The notes below the pieces were generated by a model. That model saw only the letters and a program-made list of their open reading frames with translations, ran no database searches and was not told the origin of the DNA. Shown here piece by piece: positions 10,299-17,285 of a stretch of DNA of 21,782 nt (within the stretch, counting starts at the first letter, position 1; the number at the start of each line of letters is the position of its first letter). The stretch is from Thermodesulfobacteriota bacterium. Its GTDB lineage: Bacteria > Desulfobacterota > Desulfobacteria > Desulfobacterales > SURF-7. The DNA lies in contig JBMORA010000023.1 of assembly GCA_049320885.1 (NCBI GenBank), forward strand, positions 1 to 21,782, given 5' to 3'. Both the position numbers and the translations under genes were made by a program.

Positions 10299-11555
10299 TT
10301 AAAAAGAATAAATATCGCTGTGCTGGTTTCCCAACAACAAGCCTGCTCCGGACGCTCGAATGGGCTGCTTTTCAGCATCGGATACCTGAACGATTTCAAG
10401 GGAAGTAACATCCTGAACATGATAGAAACTTCTTTCATATTCCGATAGACCCACGATAATATCAATTAGTGTCGCCTTGAGAGGTAAATCACATACGAAC
10501 TCCGTATAATACCTTCCGGGGGCAAGATCAGCTGGCTTGGACCAGTAGGTTACCAGAGGGATTGATTCACGGGTCACAAGACCTATGCCGGCAATAACAT
10601 GCTTGAGATTTTGATGGATTTCAAATTCCAGGCGTATCAGCCATTTTTCACCGATTTTGAATTTGTTTCGCGGTTGGCCGGATTCATCACTAATCAGTAG
10701 GCGAAGACCTTGCCCTTTGTCGGCCCCAAAACCATTTATTAACGGTAATTCCACGACAGATTTGCTGGAACTGCCCATTGCATCTATATAGCGGTCAATC
10801 ACCGTATTTGTTCTATCCAGCATTGTGAAAACGCCTTTATCCAGCATCATGGAAAAGGGGCAAAGTTTTCTAACCGCGGCCATATTATGGCTTACAAAAA
10901 GCACGGTTCTGCCGGCGTTCATGACGTCGCTCATTTTTCCCAGGCATTTCTTTTGAAATTCGATGTCTCCAACTGCCAGCACTTCATCCACCACCAGGAT
11001 TTCCGGTTCCAGGTGGGCTGCCACGGCAAAGGCAAGGCGGACAAACATTCCGCTGGAATACCGCTTGACCGGTGTGTCGATGAACTTTTCCACTCCTGAG
11101 AAATCTATGATTTCATCCAGTTTTAGTTGGATTTCAGCGCGACGCATGCCGAGGATGGCACCGTTCAGGAAGATGTTTTCCCGGCCCGTCAGTTCCGGGT
11201 GGAAACCAGTTCCCACTTCCAGCAGGCTGGCAATTCTGCCGCGGACTTTGATTTCTCCTGCGGTAGGGGCTGTGACGCGGGAGAGGATTTTCAGCAGGGT
11301 GCTTTTCCCGGCCCCGTTGCGTCCGATAATACCCAATGCCTGGCCCTGTGGTACCTGGAAACTGACATCCCGTAATGCCCAGATATAATCACCCGATTGA
11401 TTGCCGTGGTCGGTTGCGCCGATTTTCAGGAGAGGGTCGGGCTTGCCGCGGAGCTTGGCCCACCAGCGGTGTACATCATCGGTAAGGGTTTTGCCGCTGA
11501 TGGTGCCGAGGCGGTAGGTTTTGGAAATATTTTCAACCGAAATGGCGATGGTCAT
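10299..11555 (-). CDS. wzt: Polysaccharide ABC transporter ATP-binding protein with C-terminal Wzt_C-like domain
   Basis: Walker A GRNGAGKST, signature YSSGM, Walker B VVDE, H-loop SH; ~170-aa C-terminal extension; ATG at 11555 overlaps the wzm stop (ATGA). Confidence 0.92.
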   Translation of the reverse strand: MTIAISVENISKTYRLGTISGKTLTDDVHRWWAKLRGKPDPLLKIGATDHGNQSGDYIWALRDVSFQVPQGQALGIIGRNGAGKSTLLKILSRVTAPTAGEIKVRGRIASLLEVGTGFHPELTGRENIFLNGAILGMRRAEIQLKLDEIIDFSGVEKFIDTPVKRYSSGMFVRLAFAVAAHLEPEILVVDEVLAVGDIEFQKKCLGKMSDVMNAGRTVLFVSHNMAAVRKLCPFSMMLDKGVFTMLDRTNTVIDRYIDAMGSSSKSVVELPLINGFGADKGQGLRLLISDESGQPRNKFKIGEKWLIRLEFEIHQNLKHVIAGIGLVTRESIPLVTYWSKPADLAPGRYYTEFVCDLPLKATLIDIIVGLSEYERSFYHVQDVTSLEIVQVSDAEKQPIRASGAGLLLGNQHSDIYSF

Positions 11556-12409
11556 ACGGTATCCATGAATGTGGATTCCACGTGATTGAACAGAAGGATT
11601 CCGATCAGCAGCAGCACCGCCGTAAAAACGGCACTGTACAACAATGCCCAAGGATTCAAGGTGCCGACTCCGAGAAAGGCGAAGCGGAATGTCTCGATTA
11701 CTGCCGCCAATGGATTGGCCAGCAGGAAGGGCTTGAAAGCGTCGGGCACGGAGGAAAGCGGATAGATCACGGGAGTGGCATACATCAGCAATTGGACGCC
11801 GAAAGTCACCAGGAACCGCAAGTCACGGTATCTGGTGGTGAGGGCCGAGACAATGATGCCGAACCCGAGTCCCATGCCGGCCATCAGCAGCAACAGAACC
11901 GGCAGAAACAGCATCCAGAGGTTCGGCCGGATACCGGAGCCGGAAAGATAAAAATACAGAAGAAAGATCATGAACAAAGAAAATTGAATCACAAAGGTGA
12001 CCAGATTGGACAGCAGGATGGAAAGCGGCACGGCCAGGCGGGGGAAGTATGCCTTGCCGAACAGATTCTCATTGCTGATGAAGGTGGTGGAAGTCTTGTT
12101 CAGGGACTCGGCAAAATAGGCCCACAGCACGGTACCGGACATGTAGAAAAGAAATCCCGGCACCCCGTCCGTGGGCAGTTTGGCAATGAGGCCGAAAACG
12201 ATGGTAAAGGTGACGGTTGTGAGAATGGGCTGAATCAGGAACCACAGGGGGCCCAGAATGGTTTGTTTGTAAATGGCGACGAAATCCCGCCAGAAAAAAA
12301 GAATGACCAGTTCCCGGGCCCGCCAGAGCTCGCCGAGGTTCAGTTCGAACCAGCCGCGGCGGGGGCGGATGATCATGGTCCAGTTGTCTTGGTTGTCGGG
12401 GGAAGGCAT
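11552..12409 (-). CDS. wzm: Polysaccharide ABC transporter permease
   Basis: YKQTILGPLWFLIQP, YRDL, YATPVIYP and NPLAAVIETFR motifs; multiple hydrophobic helices; coupled to wzt. Confidence 0.92.
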   Translation of the reverse strand: MPSPDNQDNWTMIIRPRRGWFELNLGELWRARELVILFFWRDFVAIYKQTILGPLWFLIQPILTTVTFTIVFGLIAKLPTDGVPGFLFYMSGTVLWAYFAESLNKTSTTFISNENLFGKAYFPRLAVPLSILLSNLVTFVIQFSLFMIFLLYFYLSGSGIRPNLWMLFLPVLLLLMAGMGLGFGIIVSALTTRYRDLRFLVTFGVQLLMYATPVIYPLSSVPDAFKPFLLANPLAAVIETFRFAFLGVGTLNPWALLYSAVFTAVLLLIGILLFNHVESTFMDTV

Positions 12410-12420
12410 GGTATAAAAAC

Positions 12421-12482
12421 CAGGAGTCAGAAGTCAGAAGACAGAAGACAGAATAAAAAAACAGGAGACAGAAGACAGAATA
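12421..12482. repeat. Heptamer array (8 units, CAGRAGA-like) downstream of four-helix-bundle copy A
   Basis: + strand: CAGGAGT CAGAAGT CAGAAGA CAGAAGA CAGAATA aaaaaa CAGGAGA CAGAAGA CAGAATA. Confidence 0.95.
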
Positions 12483-12495
12483 TCGGAAATGGAAA

Positions 12496-12858
12496 TCATT
12501 TGTCGGAAATAATGGCTTTGGAATAGGGATCTAAGAGTTTACTGACTTCTTCGAGTGATTGTTTCAAGTCGGATATATCCCCATATTCGAGATCGTTTGC
12601 AAGAATCAGATAATATCGGGATTCTTCGAGGGAGCCCTCAGCGATATTCAGGAAACGGATTTTGTCGGCCTTGCCGCGTTTTCGGAATCCTTCGGCAATA
12701 TTGGCGGCAATGGAGACGGCTGCGCGGCGGAACTGGGCGGTTAGACCAAAATTTTCCGATGCCGGGAATGTCTGGGAAAACCGGTAAACGCTCAATACGA
12801 ACTGATGGGCCCTTTGCCACACCAGTAGGTCTTCAAATCGCTTCGCCGGCGCTCTCAA
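12496..12858 (-). CDS. Four helix bundle protein (TIGR02436 / 23S rRNA IVP family), intact copy A
   Basis: FEDLLVWQRAH, FPASENFGLTAQFRRAAVSIAANIAEG and FLNIAEGSLEE signatures; TTG start at 12858 with GGAG 9 nt upstream gives 120 aa; the longer ORF just reads through the heptamer array. Confidence 0.88.
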   Translation of the reverse strand: MRAPAKRFEDLLVWQRAHQFVLSVYRFSQTFPASENFGLTAQFRRAAVSIAANIAEGFRKRGKADKIRFLNIAEGSLEESRYYLILANDLEYGDISDLKQSLEEVSKLLDPYSKAIISDK

Positions 12859-12874
12859 ATCCCCCGGCTCCCTC

Positions 12875-12923
12875 CATTCTGTCTTCTGTCTTCTGACTTC
12901 TGTCTTCTGATTTCTGTCTCCTG
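12875..12923. repeat. Heptamer array (7 units) upstream of copy A, inverted relative to 12421-12482
   Basis: + strand: CATTCTG TCTTCTG TCTTCTG ACTTCTG TCTTCTG ATTTCTG TCTCCTG. Confidence 0.95.
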
Positions 12924-12943
12924 TATTCCTCATCAATTTAATT

Positions 12944-13366
12944 TCATTCTGTTTCCCGACAGACCGCCGCCAATGTATTCGTCATGACATCCAGGTACTC
13001 ATCAAGCCTTTGATAAATCTGGTTGAACTCTTCCTTGTTGTAAAGGTGGCTCATGCGGTTACGGTCATTGATCATTTCCATCAGGGTTTCATAATTTTTT
13101 TCATCCGTATATTTTGCCAGGTAGAGCTGTTTGATCGCTGTTTTGGGGGATACCGTTTCGATGCCATGGAATTCGTAGAGAAATGATTTCATCGTTTTCC
13201 AAAACAGCTCTATGCTGATTTCAAATTTTTGGATTTGACCATTTTTCAGAATATCCTGCTCAATTTCCTCAAATCCATTGACATTGATCGACATGGCTCT
13301 GGCAAAGGATTCCATCGCCTGTTTCAGCTGGATCAGCTTGCGGTCAAACCCTGCACGTTGTTCCAT
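12944..13366 (-). CDS. HEPN-domain protein (HI0074-like nucleotidyltransferase substrate-binding family), putative RNase toxin
   Basis: IQKFEISIELFWK and RNRMSHLY (RX4HXY) motifs; overlaps the upstream MNT gene. Confidence 0.85.
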   Translation of the reverse strand: MEQRAGFDRKLIQLKQAMESFARAMSINVNGFEEIEQDILKNGQIQKFEISIELFWKTMKSFLYEFHGIETVSPKTAIKQLYLAKYTDEKNYETLMEMINDRNRMSHLYNKEEFNQIYQRLDEYLDVMTNTLAAVCRETE

Positions 13367-13668
13367 ATAATAATATTCTCCATGGCTTTTTTCTTAAAGG
13401 AAGGATCCACACGGTTGAAATCGATGATATCCACCTTCCAGGGGACAATGGACTCGTCAACGGCATTTATGATGCGGTGATAAATGCTTCTGGACAAAGG
13501 TTCTTTTGCCAGCAGGCCGATGTCGACGTCGGAGGTCGACGAGTGCTGGCCGGTTGCCCTCGAGCCGAATACAAACACCATCGTGTTCTCTCTTGCTACC
13601 CGGGAGAGAACAATTCCCCTTAATATGTTCATGTATTTGTCAGTGTATGGTTTGTTCGAGGTCGGCAT
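13333..13668 (-). CDS. Minimal nucleotidyltransferase (MNT) antitoxin, HI0073-like
   Basis: FGSRATGQHSSTSDVD = GS-X10-DXD motif; third acidic residue in VDIID. Confidence 0.87.
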   Translation of the reverse strand: MPTSNKPYTDKYMNILRGIVLSRVARENTMVFVFGSRATGQHSSTSDVDIGLLAKEPLSRSIYHRIINAVDESIVPWKVDIIDFNRVDPSFKKKAMENIIIWNNVQGLTAS

Positions 13669-13679
13669 GGTTTAGGAAA

Positions 13680-13707
13680 CAGGAGTCAGAAGACAGAAGA
13701 CAGAATA
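13680..13707. repeat. Heptamer array (4 units) downstream of four-helix-bundle copy B
   Basis: + strand: CAGGAGT CAGAAGA CAGAAGA CAGAATA. Confidence 0.92.
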
Positions 13708-13720
13708 TCGGAAACGGAAA

Positions 13721-14083
13721 TCATTTGTCGGAAATAATGGCTTTGGAATAGGAAGCCAATAGGTTACTGACTTCTTCTATTGATTGTTTCAAGTCGGATA
13801 TATCCCCATATCCAAGGTCATTGGAAAGAATGAGATCGTATCGGGATTCTTCCAGTGAACCTTGGGCGATGTTTAAAAAACGGATTTTGTCGGCCTTGCC
13901 ACGTTTTCGGAAACCTTCGGCAATATTGGCGGCAATGGAGACGGCGGCACGGCGGCACTGGACGGTTAGACCAAATTTTTCCGATGCCGGGAATGCCTGG
14001 GAAAACCGATAAACGTCCAGGACAATCTGGTGAGCCTTTTGCCACACCAGTAACTCTTCAAATCATTTTGCCGGCGCTCTCAA
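13721..14083 (-). pseudogene. Four helix bundle protein copy B with nonsense codon at position 7
   Basis: Colinear with copy A (both 363 bp, TTG AGA GCG CCG start); codon 7 is TGA (14063-14065) where copy A has CGA; 17 of 120 residues differ by manual alignment; a 108-aa product from GTG 14047 remains possible. Confidence 0.78.
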
Positions 14084-14099
14084 TTTCCCCGATTCCCTC

Positions 14100-14155
14100 C
14101 ATTCTGTCTCCTGTCTCCTGTCTCCTGACGCCTGTCTTCTGATTTCTGCCTCCTG
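14100..14155. repeat. Heptamer array (8 units) upstream of copy B, inverted relative to 13680-13707
   Basis: + strand: CATTCTG TCTCCTG TCTCCTG TCTCCTG ACGCCTG TCTTCTG ATTTCTG CCTCCTG. Confidence 0.93.
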
Positions 14156-14162
14156 CCTCCTT

Positions 14163-16544
14163 TCACTTTTCAACCTCAAAGCCGTATTCCCCCCGGACCT
14201 GTTCCGAGATCACGGCCTCGCCGTCGCCGGTGAAGAAAAAGGAGAAGCTGCAGCCGCCGTGGTAGGTGTTGGACCCGATTTTTTCATCATGGGGAGCGAG
14301 AAAGCGATTGTCGCCGGCGCCATCCAGGAATACGGCCAAACCGTTATGGGCCGCGGCCCCCTGGCAGAAGAACAGATCCTGGGCGTCATAGACATCGTCG
14401 CCGGCCCGGTCATTCAGGACCGCGACGCCCCTGTCCCAGGCGGCTGCCTGGAGCGCGCCCACGAGACCGGAATAGACGTCGTTTCCGCCTTCATCCAGCA
14501 GCATGCCGGCCGCCGAATGGGCGGCCCAGCCCTGGGCGTAACGGGAGCCGTGATAGGTGTCGGGGTCGCTTCCGGAATTGTTCAGCAGCCCCAGGCCCAG
14601 GGCATAACCGCCGCCCTGGGAAAAATCTCCGGCCTCGAATTCATCCGCGCCGGCGCCGTCCAGCAGCATGCCGATACCGCCCGGCGCAATGCCCCGCAGG
14701 CCGAAACCCACTCCCTGGGAAAGGCCCTGGAAGGCGCCGGGCGTCCGGTAGCAGCTGGGATATTTCCCCGTGGCGTAATAGCGGTCGTTTCCGGCCATGT
14801 CCAGCAGCAGGCCGGCGGCCATGGGTCCCCCGGCCCCCTGGGATTGAAAAAAGGATTCGTAGCAATCGTCGCCGGCCGCGTCCAGCAGCAGGCCCATGCC
14901 CCAACAAGCGGCGCCCTGGTTCATCTCCTGGCCGCGATAGACATCGTCGCCGCCGAGATCCAGGAGGATCCCGATTCCCATCATGGCCGTGCCCTGGGCG
15001 AAGCGGGCGCCTGTATAGCGGTCATCGCCGCCCAGATCCGCCAGGAGGCCCACGCCGAGCAAGCCTGTTCCCTGGGAGAAATCATCTGCGGAAGAATACC
15101 GGTCGTTCCCTTCCAGATCGACGATGAGGCCCACCGGCTGGTCCGGCGTGCCGCTGCCGATGGCGGCGGCGTAGAAATCGTCTCCGCCCGGGTCCAGGAC
15201 AACGGCGATGTCCGGCCGGGTATAGCGGTTCGGCCCGGGACCGCCGATCACGATCAGGCCTGCCGCGGACGGCTCGCTGTGGAGGATTGGACCGCTGATT
15301 CCCGGCAGCGCCGGGGCAATGGAAGGCGTTGCCCCGGTCATGCCTTCTTTCAGGGCGGCCAGCCATTCGGGATCGGTCAGCGCCGCCAGGATCCGTCCGG
15401 ATTCAAACAGGTACTGAAAGTCGATACGCCGGGCCAGGGAAATGAAGCGCAATTCGTCCGCGGACATCAGGCTCTCCCCGGGTTGTCCAGCGTCGCAGGA
15501 CCGGGAACCGCCGGCGACCGTTGTCCGTCGCGCATGGCGGGACAGAAATTGCCGGTCTGCTTCCGAAAGCTTGCCAAAAGCATGATTCCGGGCGTCGAGG
15601 GCCGCGGCGACAACGGACTGGATATACAGGACATGCCCGGCCAAATCCGCCGAAGCCGGAGGCAGGGGGATTTCACTCGGGGTGCTGTTTTCCGGTTGAA
15701 CAACAGGGATGTCCAGAAGCCGGGCGGTCTTTGCCAGCAGACCAGCCAGGGAATGCTCCCGGGCCAGGGTCTCGATTTCCCGGGACAACTCCAGGCCGAC
15801 GGCGTTCAATTTCGTGGGACGGCGGCGGATATATCCCAGGAGCGGCGGCATGGCGTCACCGGCGGGCAGTTCCGCCTGACGGAACAGGGCGAGAAAATTC
15901 CGGTATTCGGCGGTCAGGTTATGGTTGCGGATCAATGCCCGCATCAGTTTCCCTTCGGGATCCGGGGCGGTTGCATAAGGGTCCAGGTCCGGCCGCACTC
16001 GTTCTCCGGTATCACCGGCTGTTTCCCGGAGTTCACCGAGAACCACCGGAACGGTCAGGGACTCCAGGCGTTTTTCGATGGCGCCCGACAGTTCCTCCGC
16101 TTCCGGGTGCCGGGCCAGCCGCTCGGCCAGCTCGGTCATGTCCGCGATTTCGGTGGTCCGGCCGCCTGTTTCCAGGCGTATCCGGGTTACCGGCCGGAGA
16201 ATTTCCAGCCGGATGGTATCCCCGGCCTTTTTTTCGTTCCGGATGTAACCGGTGAACAAATGGGTGACGGAGACACCGGTTTCCGGCCGAAGGGAACGGC
16301 CGTCGACACCCGTGATCCGGTCACCTGGTTGAAGTCCGGCCTTCTCCGCTGCTGAGTCCGGAAAAACCCGGATGATCCGCAGTCCGCCTTCCTGCTGGCC
16401 CCCCGGGGCGTCAGCGCCAGGAAGCGGTCCGAAGGAAACCCCCAGGAAAGCCGGCCGCCGGTCTTCGGCGTTCAGGGCAGTGGTTCCCGGGCGGCAGGCA
16501 TACAGAACTAAAGGTAGCGCGATCATCACGGCTGTCCTGGTCAT
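14163..16544 (-). CDS. Putative lipoprotein with N-terminal PDZ domain and C-terminal Gly/Asp-rich repeats
   Basis: Signal peptide ending LVLYAC (lipobox-like); AFLGV...RVFPDSAAEKAGLQPGDRITGVDG is PDZ-like; ~12 repeats of G-x-G-h-h-h-D-x-x-G-[DN]-D-x-Y. Confidence 0.8.
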   Translation of the reverse strand: MTRTAVMIALPLVLYACRPGTTALNAEDRRPAFLGVSFGPLPGADAPGGQQEGGLRIIRVFPDSAAEKAGLQPGDRITGVDGRSLRPETGVSVTHLFTGYIRNEKKAGDTIRLEILRPVTRIRLETGGRTTEIADMTELAERLARHPEAEELSGAIEKRLESLTVPVVLGELRETAGDTGERVRPDLDPYATAPDPEGKLMRALIRNHNLTAEYRNFLALFRQAELPAGDAMPPLLGYIRRRPTKLNAVGLELSREIETLAREHSLAGLLAKTARLLDIPVVQPENSTPSEIPLPPASADLAGHVLYIQSVVAAALDARNHAFGKLSEADRQFLSRHARRTTVAGGSRSCDAGQPGESLMSADELRFISLARRIDFQYLFESGRILAALTDPEWLAALKEGMTGATPSIAPALPGISGPILHSEPSAAGLIVIGGPGPNRYTRPDIAVVLDPGGDDFYAAAIGSGTPDQPVGLIVDLEGNDRYSSADDFSQGTGLLGVGLLADLGGDDRYTGARFAQGTAMMGIGILLDLGGDDVYRGQEMNQGAACWGMGLLLDAAGDDCYESFFQSQGAGGPMAAGLLLDMAGNDRYYATGKYPSCYRTPGAFQGLSQGVGFGLRGIAPGGIGMLLDGAGADEFEAGDFSQGGGYALGLGLLNNSGSDPDTYHGSRYAQGWAAHSAAGMLLDEGGNDVYSGLVGALQAAAWDRGVAVLNDRAGDDVYDAQDLFFCQGAAAHNGLAVFLDGAGDNRFLAPHDEKIGSNTYHGGCSFSFFFTGDGEAVISEQVRGEYGFEVEK

Positions 16545-16713
16545 TATCCGGCTTGGGAATTCCGTATCCCGCCCCCTTCTTTCCCGTCAGACCGTCGTCA
16601 GCGTTTCCGCCATGACCGCAGGTTATTCTGCAAGTCTATGGTTTGGTGTTGTGCTTGGTATCATGGCGAGACCCGGTTCCCGCGACGACGGATTGGCAAT
16701 GGTACTAGCGTAT

Positions 16714-16847
16714 TGATGAAATGGTAAAAAGCCGGACAACTCGGTCTTCGTCATGCCGGACTTGATCCGGCATCCAGTATTTTCAATTGGTTCTGGACTC
16801 CGGCTTTCGCCGGAGTGACGGAACAGGGACTTTTTACGAGGCTGTCA
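16714..16847. repeat. REP/MITE-like palindromic element
   Basis: Imperfect terminal IRs (TGA..GTAAAAAGCC / GACTTTTTAC..TCA, 13/20 match) enclose CGTCA..TGACG, hairpins ATGCCGGA-CTTGA-TCCGGCAT and ACTCCGGC-TTTC-GCCGGAGT, and TCCAG..CTGGA. Confidence 0.78.
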
Positions 16848-16853
16848 GTGTGG

Positions 16854-17285
16854 TTATCCGGAAAAATTTGTCTTTTCAATCCAACGCATTATTTCTTTAG
16901 TATAATTCCGAAAGTCATTCAGGTTTTTTGAGATGATGCTGTATACGACCTCCCAATTCAGGGATGCATATTGGTGGACGGCCATATTGCGGAAACCGAC
17001 TCCTTTTTGCATACGTTCCGCTGTGCCATCCGTTATTACACCCGCATCTCTCAAGCGCTCGAAGCATTCCGTCATGCTGCCGGGCGCCGGGAGATTCATC
17101 TCGGCTATCACATGAGCGGCTATATCGACAGACAGTTGCACGGCGCGTTCAAGATTCAGGATGATGATATCCTGGATATCGAAATCAGAAGATAACAGTT
17201 CCCTGCTTGCGGGCCTTTTGGCAGTGATTCTGTCGATGCAGCGTTTCAGCGATTCGATTTTGGCAAGTATGATCTGATCATCCAT
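16854..17285 (-). CDS. hepT: HepT-like HEPN RNase toxin (DUF86)
   Basis: LNLERAVQLSVDIAAH and GFRNMAVHQY (RX4HXY); overlaps the upstream MNT gene by 8 bp. Confidence 0.88.
   Translation of the reverse strand: MDDQIILAKIESLKRCIDRITAKRPASRELLSSDFDIQDIIILNLERAVQLSVDIAAHVIAEMNLPAPGSMTECFERLRDAGVITDGTAERMQKGVGFRNMAVHQYASLNWEVVYSIISKNLNDFRNYTKEIMRWIEKTNFSG

Noticed and set aside
11582..12526. 314-aa plus-strand ORF
   Set aside because: Antisense to wzm and runs through the heptamer array; no motifs.
12859..12936. N-terminal extension MMRNTGDRNQKTEVRRQKTEW of the four-helix-bundle ORF
   Set aside because: It is a translation of the heptamer array; the TTG at 12858 has an SD and is conserved in copy B.
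14063..14065. TGA as selenocysteine
   Set aside because: The aligned residue in copy A is Arg (CGA), not Cys; a C>T transition is simpler and no SECIS could be supported.
12496..14083. Diversity-generating retroelement (Avd-like genes and a diverged repeat pair as TR/VR)
   Set aside because: No reverse transcriptase in the window, and differences between the copies are not confined to adenines.
12421..14155. Heptamer arrays as a CRISPR array or coding phase-variation tract
   Set aside because: Units are 7 bp without spacers, degenerate and outside the inferred coding regions.
14259..16355. 698-aa plus-strand ORF
   Set aside because: Antisense shadow of the GC-rich PDZ/repeat gene; no recognisable motifs.
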